Positions 12,539 to 25,823 of a stretch of DNA of 64,000 bases are shown one piece after another. The notes under the pieces were generated by a model. It was not told the DNA's origin and ran no database searches. It saw nothing but the letters and a program-made list of their open reading frames with translations. The translations under genes were made by a program, and so were the position numbers. Each line of letters begins with the position of its first letter. The stretch's first letter is position 1. The stretch comes from Squalus acanthias. Taxonomy: Eukaryota. The DNA is taken from the NCBI GenBank assembly GCA_030390025.1, contig JASTWF010000031.1, positions 5,456,001 to 5,520,000 on the forward strand, in the 5' to 3' direction.

Positions 12539-12729
12539 GCTCAGCTTTCAGATAAAGAAAGTATGTTCAGGCAGGGTGACACAAAATAAATTCAGCCCCT
12601 TTAAGAAGCACATTTCACCCTTTTTAAGAACCAGCGATTTTACTTTAGAATAAAATCTCCTTGGGTTAGGTTTAACGTGACTTTATTTTCTTGAAGGAGG
12701 GATTATTTTGAGGGAGCAGACTCTGTACT

Positions 12730-12818
12730 GGGTTGGACTCACAAGAGAAGGGACACTAACAGGTTGGACTCACAAGGGGAGGGACACTAACAGGTTGGAC
12801 TCACAAGGGGAGGGACAC
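12730..12818. repeat. 31-bp minisatellite, about 3 copies
   Basis: Unit GGTTGGACTCACAAGGGGAGGGACACTAACA in tandem, with decayed copies on both sides. Confidence 0.85.
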
Positions 12819-12949
12819 GGTACTTGGGTGAATTCATTGGGGGGAGTGGAAACTTTGTACAGGTATGGATTCAGTAGGGATAGATACTTCACTCGGATGG
12901 ATTTGCCGGTGACATGACATGTTACAGGGACGGATGGATTTCATGAAAG

Positions 12950-13430
12950 GTGATCGCACCCCATTTAAATGATGGCGGGGAGGAGCCAGGAAACCCAATG
13001 AATGTCTCTGCCTCCTGCCTCAACTGTTGCTGACTCTAGGGACCATCAGGAGAGGGGAGGCAGTGGATCCTGGGGCAGTGGCAACAAACTCACTCTCCCA
13101 AATTTTAGAAGGCGGCCTAGTCATGGGCTCCTCTCCCTCGCTTAAGGCCCCTTACGCCTTTTTTGAGGTCCTTGACTTTTTGGGGTTCTCCGCCCTCTTT
13201 GAGTGTGGCACATCTTTTCCGGTCCTGCAGTGGGTGTCTTGCTGGAGCACTGCCACTTCTCCTTCCCCAGCAGTGGCTGGTGCCCTCTTTGTGGTGGAGA
13301 CCCCACCTTGAGACCACCCTGTATAACTAATCATCCCCGACCCAGGAAAATGACCTGGCATCACGGCGGGCAAAAGTCCCATTCTGACCCTCCTCCAGTG
13401 GTGAAACCACCCCAAGTGAAAGTTCAGCCC
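12950..13430. mobile_element. Partial GC-rich MITE (Harbinger-like)
   Basis: Right end AAAGTTCAGCCCC resembles the other MITE termini; left TIR not found. Confidence 0.4.
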
Positions 13431-14318
13431 CTTGTCTCATAGTTACCTCTTGTTGCCCCATTTTGTGCTTTAAAACTGTTGGTTACGGGCAGCCTGGCAG
13501 CAGACCTTTTATGCCAAATGTCTCCTCCTGTGATTTTCATAAAGTTCCATCCCAGTAACATCATGAATTGGAAAATGCATTGTGGGTAGAACTCTCCATT
13601 CATGATGTCACAGGAAAGGGGAGTTCTACACAAAATGTCTGCTTCCAGCGGTTCTACAGCGTAAACCAGCCCACAAGAGGTGACTGTGGGACACCAATTA
13701 GGTATACAGGTATTTCACGGAATAATAATTAAGATTATGAGGCAGTTTAGTAGAATAGATTTTAAGTAAAGCAAATAATAATGGCAGAGAAACATTGAAG
13801 AAAACTTATTTAACTCACCAATACAGTTCTATTAGAAGCAACTAATGATCGGCTTAAATCAATATTAAAATTAAAAAATAAATTTTATTCTAAACTATTT
13901 TAATTTGCTGTAATATAAACTGTATTATGAATAAGAAAATCTTTAAAAAAAAAAATTTTTTGTTGACTTATTACCATAATACTAAGATACATAATTTTGT
14001 TTTAAACAGCGGGCAGGGAACTTCTCCTGAAACATCAACATCTATATCACGAGTAAGCTTAAACTTCCTCCCCCTCCCAGAAACCTAAAACACGTCTGAC
14101 TCTGGGTTCTTCCGTCATGTCCATATTCTTGGGATGACTGTTCTGATACATTGTACTCAATGTTACCTTCTTGTGTTTATTCCCCTTTAACCCCCAAGTA
14201 TTCTCCCACACTCCTTCGCACTACTCTGAGGATCTAGTGCCTAACTGCATTATTACATGCCAACATTTCCATAGACCCATTGAAGTTTACAGCACAGAAG
14301 GAGCCCATTTGAACTATC

Positions 14319-14904
14319 AGCCTTGATATTAACACCCCCCTCACCCATGACGGATGGGATAGGGTTGGGGGAGGGGTTAAGGACTTAAATATGGGGACCA
14401 CGTCCCCAACAGGCCTCCCACACGCCCACCACCTTTTTGTGGCGGTGGATATCGTGGTGGGTGAGTATCCCGTCGTGGAGAGGTGGGACTCATCCCTAAC
14501 ATATTTAAATTGGGCTCCCACAGTGCCATTCGGAGCCCAATTTAAAATTCACTGCTGCTGCACCGGTTTCCAAGGGGTCGGGAAACCCGGCAATGGAAGG
14601 GAGCCGGGAGCAGCCAGCTCCACATGGTGGGTGCCTTTTCCTTGTGGGCCAGGAGGAGCAGGAGTGCTCCCCCTCTGGTCGCTCGAGGAAGCCTTCGGCC
14701 GCACCCCTGCTGATCACGGCCTCTCTCTCTCACCTGCCGCAATGGCCGATATCTCTCCAAGCCGCGATGGCCAACCTTCCCCCCCCCCCCTCCCTATTGC
14801 CAGGGACCACCCACATTATCAAAAAAATGATCTGCAGCCCCGGCCATGCCAGGTTCTTCGGCCTCCCCCTGCACCCTCCCCACCTCCCTGTAAATATTGG
14901 GGCC
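14319..14904. mobile_element. Harbinger-like MITE inserted in a CR1-type tail
   Basis: TIRs AGCCTTGATATTAAC / GTAAATATTGGGGCC; flanks ATC / ATT. It splits a - strand CR1 tail (ACAGCACAGAAGGAG... | ...TGTCTGTGATGGCTCTTTG). Confidence 0.7.
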
Positions 14905-15124
14905 ATTATGTCTGTGATGGCTCTTTGCTAGAGCAATCTACTGCTTTGATGTCTTCCATTAGCCCTGCACTGTCTACTCCTGATAACAAAGTAATCTTTT
15001 GCACTAAAAAAAATTGAAATGTCTAATAATTTGAATTAAGCAATATAAATAAGACTGTAAGGTAGCAATTTAGTGCTAAAAAATTCAAAATATCAATTAA
15101 TTAAAATTGATTTTGAATTATTTT

Positions 15125-15460
15125 TTAATTCATTCTCGGGATGTGGGTGCTGTTGGCAAGGCCAGCATTTATTGTCTATCCCTAGTTGGCCTTGAGAAGG
15201 TGGTGATGAGCCTTCTTACTGAACCGCTGCAGTCCGTGTGGTGAAGGTACTCCCACAGTGCTGTTAGGTAGGGAGTTCCAGGATTTTGACCCAATTCATG
15301 ATGGTGTGTAACTTGGACAGGAACTTGGAGGTGATGGTGTTCCTATGCACTTGCTACCCTTGTCCTTCTAGTGGTGGAGGTTGCGGGTTTGGGAGGTGCT
15401 GTTGAAGAAGCCTTGGCGAGCTGCTGCAGTGCATCTTGTGGATAGTACACACTGCAGACA
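15125..15460 (-). mobile_element. 3' fragment of a second CR1-group LINE family
   Basis: Reverse complement matches 23985-24510 (AATAAATGCTGGCCTTGCC tail, TIHKMHCSSS). Confidence 0.8.
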
Positions 15461-17597
15461 CGGGTTTGAAAGCACAAAATCTTAATGATCTCCCAGAGAG
15501 GGAAATTTTCTGAGCTGGAAACATCAGTTTTTGAAAAGTGTTCCTCAGTCCTTATGTTGTTGCGGGCAGATTTCAATCCCTCACTGGCTGCCCTTCTCCA
15601 TGTCGTAGGTGACAAGACATGAGCATGCGATGGAACCTTTCCAGCTGACTCATCTTCCTTAATGGCACAACACTTAGGAACCATCCACTTGCCAATATTG
15701 TGTGGCTTTAAGTCTCAAGCTCCCTTGACACCTCTTTGTCTGTTACTTGCTAAACTGATACAGAAGGAATTGCTATTCCAATTAATATTCATAAACGTTT
15801 TCCTGAGTTTCATAAACCAATACAAAGAAATCGGCAACAGGAGAGCTTTCAAATCCTGCTGAAGTGCAACACATTAAACCACGAGCTGATCTCCCATGGC
15901 ACGGCCCATGGCGAGTTGGAGGTTATGTTGTTGCAAAGGGGGATGCTGTGGTGTGGGAGTGGGAAGAGGAGATGCTTGCATGTAATCTGCTAGGAAAGAA
16001 GTGATAGGCAACAATGGAATGAATGGAAAACCAATGTAGAGGCACGGATCATTGTGGGGCAGCCCAGGATCCAACTCCTTGTTTGATGGCTAGTAAAGTG
16101 CATGTGGTGCTGCGTGAGGTAGTTGTGTACCTCTGTCTGTAGATGCAGTTGTGAGGGTACCAGTGACTGGGTACAGAATACTTCTGTTGGCTCTCATCTT
16201 CTTCCTCCAAAAAGCACAAATGTAGGGACTTCCCATGGGGAAAACCCATTGTGCCATTATTGTCATCATTGACAAAAAAATGGCTATGCCACAACAATTG
16301 TTCAAAATGTCTCCTGGCCACCTTCATTCCGAACAGCAGAAAAATAAAAAAATAGACAAGAAAAAAGATTGAAAAATAGCCCGAAATGTTCACTGCAATC
16401 CTCAGGTAGAGTTCTTGTAATCCACCGATATGTGTCTGTGCTCAGCAACCCTGAATGCTCACTTTTAATGGATGTGAACATGAATTGGTGCTTTGTCCGC
16501 AGGAGCTCTGGAAAATTGTCTAAATGCTGTGATGGGAACTTCATTTCAATATTAATATTAAGCTCCCACCAGTTTCAAGCAGAAACATCCTGCCCTCAGC
16601 TAACCCATAACTGGAAAAGTGAATGAGGCACACAATGGACATTACAGAAAATCTACCACTGTGTTACTAACTACTTACATAAGCATGTCTAAATTCAGGA
16701 CTTTTATTCACAACCTCCCTCTAGGCTTGAATAATGGCACAATCCTTTCAGAATACATCGCTGTTTATGTTAAACCTTTTAAACACAAATTTTAAAACGC
16801 AGCTAACAGAATCAACTTAGAATACATTCTAAAATGTAAATGAAAATTAAACAAAGGCAAAATTTCAAACAGCAAAGTTTTATTTGCCAAACATGTAACA
16901 TGCTGTTTCATTTGTAACACATGTAGCATGCTATATTTATTAAATAAGCAACCCCCCTGAATACAGGAACTTAAACTGTAGTTTGAGCAGCTACCTCCAA
17001 AAAAAGCAACAACAACAATGTATTTATATAGCGCCTTTAAAGTAATAAAACATCCCAAGGGGCTTCGCAGGAGTGTTATCAGAAACAGCACATGCTTTTG
17101 CTTGTGTAGATGTTCTTTACCAACAAAAAAAACTCCAATTACTTTCACTGCCCCATAAAAATTGTTCTTTAGTGGGTTTTTGCCCACCGTCCTCAATCCT
17201 CAGTAATTTTCCATCAACGCACAGGATCGTAGAAGCGGTGCGGGTTTACAAACAGTATATTCTGGAATACAATGTAAATGGTCAACCATAAAATCATTCC
17301 GGTTGTTGTACTTGCAGATGCATGCCGGGAGTTATAGCCTGCTACCTTGTTGAATCTGTTTAGCTAACTAGCGATAAGCCTCTTAGACAGTCACAGGCCA
17401 CCAACGGAAAACGTTGTTAGAGACATTCCAAACGAAGAAAATGCTATTACATAGAGAGGTTTAATCATTTTCTTATAAATTTTATAATTTTTTTAAAACT
17501 TTATTATATTGCAAAGTTTATTCAATGCTAAAACCCCAACTTTGTAGAAAAAGCTAGATGAATCACAGAATCAGTCTGCGTTTGTCCACATGTGCTC

Positions 17598-17969
17598 TGA
17601 AGGTGTATAAAATTATGAGGGGCCTAGATCGAGTGGATAGGAAGGACCTATTTCCCTTAGCAGAGAGGTCAATAACCAGGGGGCATAGATTTAAAGTAAT
17701 TTGTAGAAGGATTAGAGGGGAGTTGAGGAGAACCTTTTTTTCACTCAGAGGGTGGTGGGGGTCTGGAACTCACTGCCTGAAAGGGTGGTACAGGCAGAAA
17801 CACTCATCACATTTAAAAAGTACTTGGATATGCAATCGAAGTGCCGTAATCTACAGAGCTACGGACCAAGAGGAAAACGGGATTAGTCTGGATAACTTGT
17901 TTTCAGCCGGCACAGATACGATGGGCCGAATGGCCACCTTCTGTGCCGTAAACTTCTATGATTCTATGT
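17598..17969 (+). mobile_element. CR1 3' fragment, abutted by an older - strand CR1 remnant (to ~18140)
   Basis: VYKIMRGLDRVDRKDLFPL...TRGHRFK; tail TTCTATGATTCTATG. Confidence 0.9.
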
Positions 17970-19249
17970 GCTACTAATTCTAATCCCACTTCTGCACACT
18001 CCTCATACCCTTTAGTTCCTTGTTTTCAAGCTACTATCCAATTCCCTTTTATAAGAATTTATGGACTCTGTTTCAATAACTGTGGCAGAGAATTCCACAC
18101 TCTAACCAGCCTTTGTGTACAGAGTTATTTCTGATACCTTCCTTTTTCCATCTTTAAATTAAAGTGTGATGTCTGGATACGCCGACATATTATCTTACAT
18201 TACAATAGTGACTACACTTCAAAAGGACTTAATTGGTTGTAAAGCACTTTGGGAAGTCCTACGGTTGTGAACGGTGCTATATAAATGCAAGTTCTTTCTT
18301 TTTCTATCTCTACTGCCTTACCTGAGCAGACATAAGGGCCAAAAAGATTTTGGAAAATTATTTGGCGTTATTTCTCTTGGCTATTGGTAGCTGTTTGTCG
18401 ACAGCCAATGCTTGATTGGAATTTTGATTGGTATGTTCTGTATCAGTTCAGTTATCATTTGCCACTGTTCTATGAATATGTATTTTCAGTCAATCAAGTG
18501 CAATTGATCTAAGTTACACAATAATACAGTCAAAGTGTGACACAGGAAATATAACAAGGAAAATGCATTCTAGATGTAATACACTAGGGGAGCTGTTGTG
18601 GAGCTACTCAAAGAAGTCAGATGATATGCAGTTTTATAGGGCGGTGTTTTACCAGGTATTGCACAACTTATTATTCTGCTAAGGTAGAATAATATCCCTT
18701 AAAGTCTAATTGTTGTGAAATAAATACAGACCCACAGGTCAGTCAGAGATAATTTAGTTGTTTGATGAGGTAACTTGAGATTGGAAAACGCTTGGCAGTT
18801 TCAGGCTGCAGCTGAGAAGCACACAGCATTTTAAGATTGCTTTACATCTGTAACAAATTGTGGCATTTGAAATGTGATATCTGGAGTGTAGTGGCTGCAC
18901 ATGCAGTCATATTACCTTCAATATATTAAGATAGACAGATCAATTCAGTTCATAGTAATTAAACATCACATTCCCTGGCCTCTTTTACATACTAAAGAAC
19001 TTGTTATTCCGATCAGTATGTGAAATGGATCTGAATTCCTGCAATTTTAACGCTTAAGATGAGTTAATATTGGGAAAATAAAAAATGTTTTGGCTCTTGT
19101 TTTTAGACTAAATATTATCTTTGTGTTGACATATATGCCAGACATGAGACCTCACCATTGCAGCCAGGTGCACTGTCAGCGGCAAACTGACCGTATAGAT
19201 GAAGCACCACTGGTACTGCCAGAAACCATATCCACCAGCAGAAAAAACA

Positions 19250-19715
19250 GAAAAAATTGCATTTATATAGGAGCTTATCATTTCTCTCAGATATGTCTCA
19301 AATTGCTTCACATACAAGAAGTTACTTTGAAGTGCAAAACGCATTGAAATGAATGATCTGTTCATCGACTTTTGTTGGTGTTGATTGAGGGAGAAAAGTT
19401 GGGCAGGGCATCAGGAGAACTCCTTCTTTGAATAGTGCCATGGGATCTCTAACATCCACCTGTATCATTGAAACAGGCAGGCATGGTCTCAGTTTAATAT
19501 CTTATCCAAAGAAAGGCACCTCTGTCAATACATACAAACATATAAATTGAAGGGTGAGAAAGAAACTTGCCCCATCCAGCAACCCCCATGATTAACCACC
19601 CCTTAACATTCCACTGGAGTGTCAGCCCATATTTTGTGCTTAAATCTTGGAATGGGGTTTGAACCCATAACCTTTTGACACACAGTTGAGAGTGCCACCA
19701 ACTGAGCCAAGTTGA
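19250..19715 (-). mobile_element. Deu-domain tRNA-SINE
   Basis: tRNA-like head with B box GGGTTCAAACCCC on -; body and L2-like tail similar to the 35160 copy. Confidence 0.7.
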
Positions 19716-21710
19716 TACTGTAAAAGAGATTGTTTCCACAGATACCTCATGAAGCTGTACCATGGTGTAATAGCTAACCAATAACATCATACTAATCAGG
19801 CAGAAAAAATACATCGTGGAATGGCAAGAACACACAGAGAGAAATCTACCTGTCCTGAGAATACAATTTAAATTAGGTACCAGACTTCAGTAGGGATTCA
19901 GGGCTTTCTAGAAGGTCCAACTTTACCAATGATTCATTTTTTTCTTGTAAAAAAATCTCTTAACACTTTCTTCAGGTAACACATCACCACTACAACAAGT
20001 AATTACATATTGTATTGTGCATTACATTATTTTATGCAAACTTGAAGTAGCTGCGCTGTCAATACTACAAAAACCACTTTGATCCAAAACAATACAAGAT
20101 AGTTTTCCTCAGTTTTGCTCTATTGAACCTCTCATTCCCAATGTATTTTGCTTTCATGCACAGCTCCTTTGCTCACAAATCTCTAACAGAATCTTTATCT
20201 GAACTAGCGCTGCGGTGAATAAATCTTGACGGTATGACACTCCACATCTTTAATTCCTTACACGGGTCATACACCATTTGTTTATTAAATCTCACTCTCA
20301 ATGTGGCACCCGTCTGTAAAATTTATTTGACATCTGTAGATCATGAATGATGGCTCTCTTTCCACAGCACAACCATGTCAATTTCCCCAGTTACTGTCCT
20401 TCATGCGAGAGCTTGACTACCATCTCAATGAACAGCATTTCACATGAGGAGGCATTTGTCAAGATTTTTTTGCCTCTAACCTAGCTTATAGAATAGTAAT
20501 GTTAGCATATGATGTATTAAGGGAGTACATAGCATGAGCACATAACGCGCCAGTGTGCATAACATGTATAATGAGTACACAGCACATATCTCAATGCCTA
20601 TGTTGTCAAAAATGTACTGCTATTGCGGAACGGAAGAGAATTACGGTCGGCCAAGAACACTTCATTAACATTATTTAAGTTTTAAGAGTTGGTGCAGTAC
20701 TCTTTTAAGTGTCACCATACTTTGAAAGTGTAGAATTCACTGACCAAAATAATGAGTTTGAAAGCAGGAAATATATTCTCCTCCACTTTTTTTTATTTTC
20801 AAAGCAAAAATATTTCAGGGAGGTCTGATTGAAGCAGAAACAACTTAAAATCAATATGCATTTGCAGCAAGTATTGACATTAAGGTAATTTCATTAGAGT
20901 AATTATAAAAGTTAGTTTCTAACTGAACTGGATGATCATTATTTGTTTTATTTAAAGATACTAGCATTACTCACACTTGGATGTGGAATGTGGTTGTGAT
21001 ACTTATCTACTATCCTCATCAGTCCAGATAACTTATAAAGTCATAAGGGCAATCAGAATGCAGTTGCAAGTGCTTGTAAATTTCAGGTGCTTGGTCAATG
21101 ATTGACACTTTTAAGATTATTTTGCATCCATAACATCTGTTATAAGATGTAGGGTGTGCTATATCCTTTCAAAATCAGTAATCTATAAAAAAATTGTACA
21201 TCTGTGCATATTTCATGCCCTTGTCTGATTACGCCTCTGTGAAGCGCCTTGCGACCTTTTCCAACTTAAAAGCGTTATTTCAATGCAAGCTATGTCCACA
21301 TTTATAATGGAAAGACCTATGTAAATCTGTAATTACACCCTCTGCACAGTGCAGATGCTGCATTATGGTGAAGTCAATCAAAGTTAAATTACGCTTTGGT
21401 GAGGGAAGGTTGCAAATTTAAAGATTATTGTAAATTTTAGGCCAAAGATCACAAACAAGGATGAAATACCTGGCTTTCTCCCTTTTTTAAAATACAATTG
21501 CAGGCAACAAAAATTCTGACTTCTATGTCAATAGGATATTTCCTGTTGATGGGAGAGTTTCTCTGTACATTGCAAATGATTGCTTTTTTAAAATATATTT
21601 TTGAAGTGTGGCACAGGAATTTACATATAGATAGGTGCGATGAACAAAACGTGTGCTAAAATATATGTATCACCACATTAACAGTGCAGAATGGGAGTAT
21701 TTGATTGCAG

Positions 21711-22393
21711 GGGGGCGATTTTATTAATGGGGGCTCGTTGGAGGCGGGACTGCTGCTTGGCGGGTCGATGTCCCGCCTCCATCGATTTGTGGCCAACCCA
21801 CGCTATTTTCCCTTGATTGACCTTGTTAAGCCCGCCCAGCGGGCTTAGCAGGCCAATTAAGGGAAAGCCGGTTGCAGAGAACGTCAACGTATGACGTTTC
21901 ATCTGTCATCTGCAACACGGAGGTCCGAGACTCTTCGCATACAGACCGACTGAAGCCTGCAGGAAGAAACAAAGGTTAGTACACTTTTAAAAACACTTTG
22001 CACTTACCTCAGATACTCACCTCTACACTCTTGCACCTATCACTTACCTTCACACCACACTTTTGCAACCCCCCCCCCCGACCCCCGCAGACCCACTACT
22101 CGCCTCACTGAGCTGGCGTGTTTTGGAGCCTTCGGGAAGCCCACACTTGTGAGCGCAAAAAGGGGATAATCCTATTTTCTGCCTGTTAACTACCTGTTAA
22201 CAGGCAGTTAATAGGCTTTAATCCCTTCCCGCCTGCAAGGAGACGGGACCCGGCGCGCGACGGCTACCCGCCTCCTAGGAAGATGGCATGGAGGCGGGTT
22301 GGGGGTGGGTTGGGCACCTGCCCCCAAATTCTGCCATTTTCCCAGCAGTCCCGCCTCCATACCCGCCTCCCCAGGGCTGGCAAAATCGCCCCC
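21711..22393. mobile_element. PIF/Harbinger-like MITE
   Basis: Perfect 12-bp TIRs GGGGGCGATTTT / AAAATCGCCCCC flanked by 3-bp TSD CAG; CpG-rich and non-coding. Confidence 0.85.
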
Positions 22394-23229
22394 CAGGCTT
22401 CCCATCAAGTTGGATCTATCTTTATCCCAATTATTGTTACAGAAATGTGCCGAGGTTTGCATGGGGTTAGGATCCCAGATCAGCGTTATATCAATGTTTT
22501 TGCAGATTCTATTAAATTGCTGATAATTCATCAATTATACCCATGGAAATCTGTGTAATGGGAATGCAAAAAACAAGTGTAATTGATAAAATCTTGGTAG
22601 CACACTGAAAATGATTAAATGTTCTATTTATTACATGGATGTTCTTTGAAACAGTGTCTGGAGTGTGTCATCTGCTGGCCAGTAAAATGAAAACTGACTG
22701 CAGTGAGACATAACTTATATCTTAATTACAGTTAGCATCGAATTTCTGGTTAGCAAAAATATCAATAACACAAAGTGATAAAAAAAGGATTTTGATATAA
22801 ATATTTCTGCTCTACTGCTACTCTAAGCTAGCAATTAGCTTTTAACAGAGAGGACGTTAGCACAGGACTTTTTCAGAGAAATACTTTCATTAAGTCATTA
22901 TATTTATGAATCATTTATCAACATATTATCAATTGTTCATACTTTATCAGTCATTAGTGAATCTTCTGTGGCATTGCTCACTGCAAGTAGATTGAGATCC
23001 TATTTTATGCTTTGCAAAGTACAATACATTATCAGTGCCTTCATGATTGAGTACGTCAAATTGCAATTTTATAAAGAGTATTGAAGAACTTTTGTTTGAT
23101 ATTTTCAGGTTCAAATGCTAAGATAATTTGCATATTTGATGGAAACTGTAAATCGCTGTCTTTGTTTGCCATTAAATGTTTGTCTAACAATGTAGTTCAT
23201 TTTTTTTTTTAAAAGCCTAAACTACAGAG

Positions 23230-23980
23230 CAAAATGGGAGAATTGTCCTGGGGTTTAGGAGTGGGGTTTAGGAGTGGGGCGACATTGGGGTGGGTGTGAG
23301 GATTCGCGAGAACCAGGAAGGGGGGATTGTGGGATGTAGGGGGAGAGGGAGAGGCAGTTGTGATATTTGAAAGCGCTAGGAAGGGGATACCAGGCTCCGA
23401 TAGGGGTGTGAGAAGGATGCCAGGGTATAGTAGCGCTTTGAGGTGCTGCGTTGTGGTCCGAAGGGATGGCAACACTGGGAGGAGAGTGCTGGGTTTGGCA
23501 GTGGTGGGATAGTGGACTTGGTGTGTGGGACCATTGGAAAGAGGGGGTTGCTAGATATGGGCGAACTGGGAGGAGGATTGCAGGGTGCCACTGACAAAAG
23601 CGTGGTGATAAGGGTTTCTCAGGAGCAAGGTTAGCTGTGGGGTAAAAGGCATGAGGGACTAGTGTGGAGGGATTGGAGGAGCGCAAAATGGCAAGAGGTA
23701 AAGGTACATGTGTGGTAAGCGAGGGCTAGTTGCAGCGGTGGGGGGGGGGCGGTCCAGGGTGTGTCCGTGGTGAAGGAGGTTCAGTTGCATTGGGGGGACT
23801 TCTTAAAAGGGTTTGCCTATCAGTGACTTTGGGAAACCTATATTATTTAACATAGATACTGCTACTGTCTCCACGCCCCACCACCACCTGACTTACAATC
23901 CCAGAACAAATGCTGTGCATCATTTCCCGCCCGCCTTGCGTCACTACTGCATGCCCCACCACAACTGGACCCCAATTCCT
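23230..23980. repeat. Unclassified G-rich low-complexity or repeat-derived segment
   Basis: Strong G skew with many G-runs; overlapping ORFs are compositional artefacts. Confidence 0.35.
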
Positions 23981-23984
23981 TACC

Positions 23985-24510
23985 TCGAGTGTGATGGAAT
24001 ACTCTCCACTTGCCTGGATGAGTGCAGCTCCAACAACACTCAAGAAGCTCAACACCATCCAGGACAAAGCAGCCCGCTTGATTGGCACCTCATCCACCAC
24101 CTTAAACATTCACTCCCTCCACCACTGGCGTACCGTGGCTGCAGTGTGTACCATCTACAAGATGCACTGCAGCAACTCGGCAAGGCTTCTTCGGCAGCAC
24201 CTCCCAAACCCGCGACCTCTTCCTAGAAGGACAAGAGCAGCAGGCACATGGGAACACCACCACCTCCAAGTTCCCCTCCAAGTCACACATCCTCCTGACT
24301 TAGAAGTATATCGCCGTTCCTTCATCGTCGCTGGGTCAAAATCCTGGAACTCCCTCCCTAACAGCACTGTGGGAGTACCTTCACCACACGGACTGCAGCG
24401 GTTCAAGAAGGCGGCTCACCACCATCTTCTCAAGGGCAACTAGGGGATGGGCAATAAATGCTGGCCTTACCAGCGACGCCCTGATCCCATAAACGAATAA
24501 AAAAAAAACT
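23985..24510 (+). mobile_element. CR1-group LINE (second family) 3' fragment
   Basis: MEYSPLAWMSAAPTTLKKLNTIQDKAARLIG...SLHHWRTVAAVCTIYKM...SKSWNSLPN; tail ends in an A-run; related copies at 15125 and 41050. Confidence 0.88.
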
Positions 24511-25660
24511 CCCAAGACTCCCAGATGCATTTTTAAATGCCACCTTACCAGCTGCTGCCAGGAACCATTTTCCAGTGCTTTTATGATTTTGAAAACACAT
24601 TTAAAATGCACGGCTTTTGGGATTGCTGGTGGGTGCTTTGTAACTGGAGGCTGGGGGGTAGGGTCTGGTACTGCCGGGGAAGGATCAGGTCACAGTGGAA
24701 TGGCAATATCAGCTGGAGGAAACAACAAGCATCCTTGGTTGCATGGGACACAGGAGCCATTAGATGTGGCAGCCAGGAGAGGGCAGTCAGCATCGGGCCA
24801 TCGACTTGATTTTTAGCTGCTCCAAAACAGATGGCGCTGTGGACAATTGCGCCATAGCTCCACCTATCATTGGAAATGCAGCAAAGAGCTTGCAGCAATA
24901 AGCAACAGCACCACCTGCCTTGAAGGCCAAGTTTGGAGAACTCAATCCGAGCAAGTAAAATGATTAGGCAAGTATGATCACGACAGAAATTCATGCCAGA
25001 AATAGACACGGCAGGAAAGTGTTACAGGAGGTAAGTGCGACACTTAAAGGCTGTGTGTACATATACAAAGCTTTAAATATAGTACATAGATGTATTAATA
25101 AACAAATAATTATACATCCCATCCAATTTTCTATCCCACTTCCTGAAGATTGTAACTCATGCTTGGTTTGCAGCTCTACAGATGCCATCAGCCTGCCGAT
25201 ACCTTGCCCAAGTGATTATTCTTCCTGCGTGACAGCGTTAGTGAGCTGCTCAACCTTGAAGGCCACTCAGTCAAGTTCAGTGCTCTACTGTCACCACCTG
25301 ACGCCCACAAACATGCACTTTCTAGCAGGCAGGAGTCACTGACTAGTGATCAAGAACAAAAAGCCTGGCCGACTTAAACCCTCCCTACACCAAGACAAAT
25401 TGTAGCAGACCTTCTGACATCCAGATGAAGTGAGCTTACTCAGCACAGACCATGGATGGATCTGAGCCTTTCCTGGTCTCTAGAGGTCTGTACCTTACTG
25501 CGTGGTGTGTTTACTCCTGAAGCCACCAGGAGAAATGTATCATTATTATACATTAAATGCTACACATAGAAAATTACTTTGCTCCTCCGTATTTTGTCAT
25601 GTAATTATTATAAATGCATTCAAAACCATGTTGTTAATAACAGAATTGAAGTATTGTGTA

Positions 25661-25823
25661 CAATGCTCCCTTTAATTTTTGGGGGGTTCATGGCCCCTTT
25701 AAGGGGCTGCGGAGCCCATTCAAAATACCGGGCATGCGCGGCTTTTCCTATTTAAAAGCCGGTGAGCCGGCTGCACGGGAGCTGCAGTGCGCTGCGTGGC
25801 CGTGCAGCTTAAAGGGAACATTG
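25661..25823. mobile_element. hAT-superfamily MITE (163 bp)
   Basis: 15-bp TIRs CAATGCTCCCTTTAA / TTAAAGGGAACATTG (1 mismatch); perfect 8-bp TSD ATTGTGTA. Confidence 0.92.

Noticed and set aside
12730-12818. CRISPR-like repeat array
   Set aside because: Units are directly tandem with no unique spacers, and the context is vertebrate; it is a minisatellite.
14391-15017. 208-aa Pro/Gly-rich ORF
   Set aside because: It lies in a GC-rich MITE where stop codons are scarce; no transposase or Myb motifs seen.
15870-16370. Possible exon or retro-pseudogene
   Set aside because: No frame gave a recognisable protein or consistent splice sites; left unassigned.
21711-22393. CpG island or promoter (likewise 26724-27525 and 55463-55700)
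   Set aside because: CpG richness is bounded exactly by TIRs and TSDs, so it is transposon-derived.
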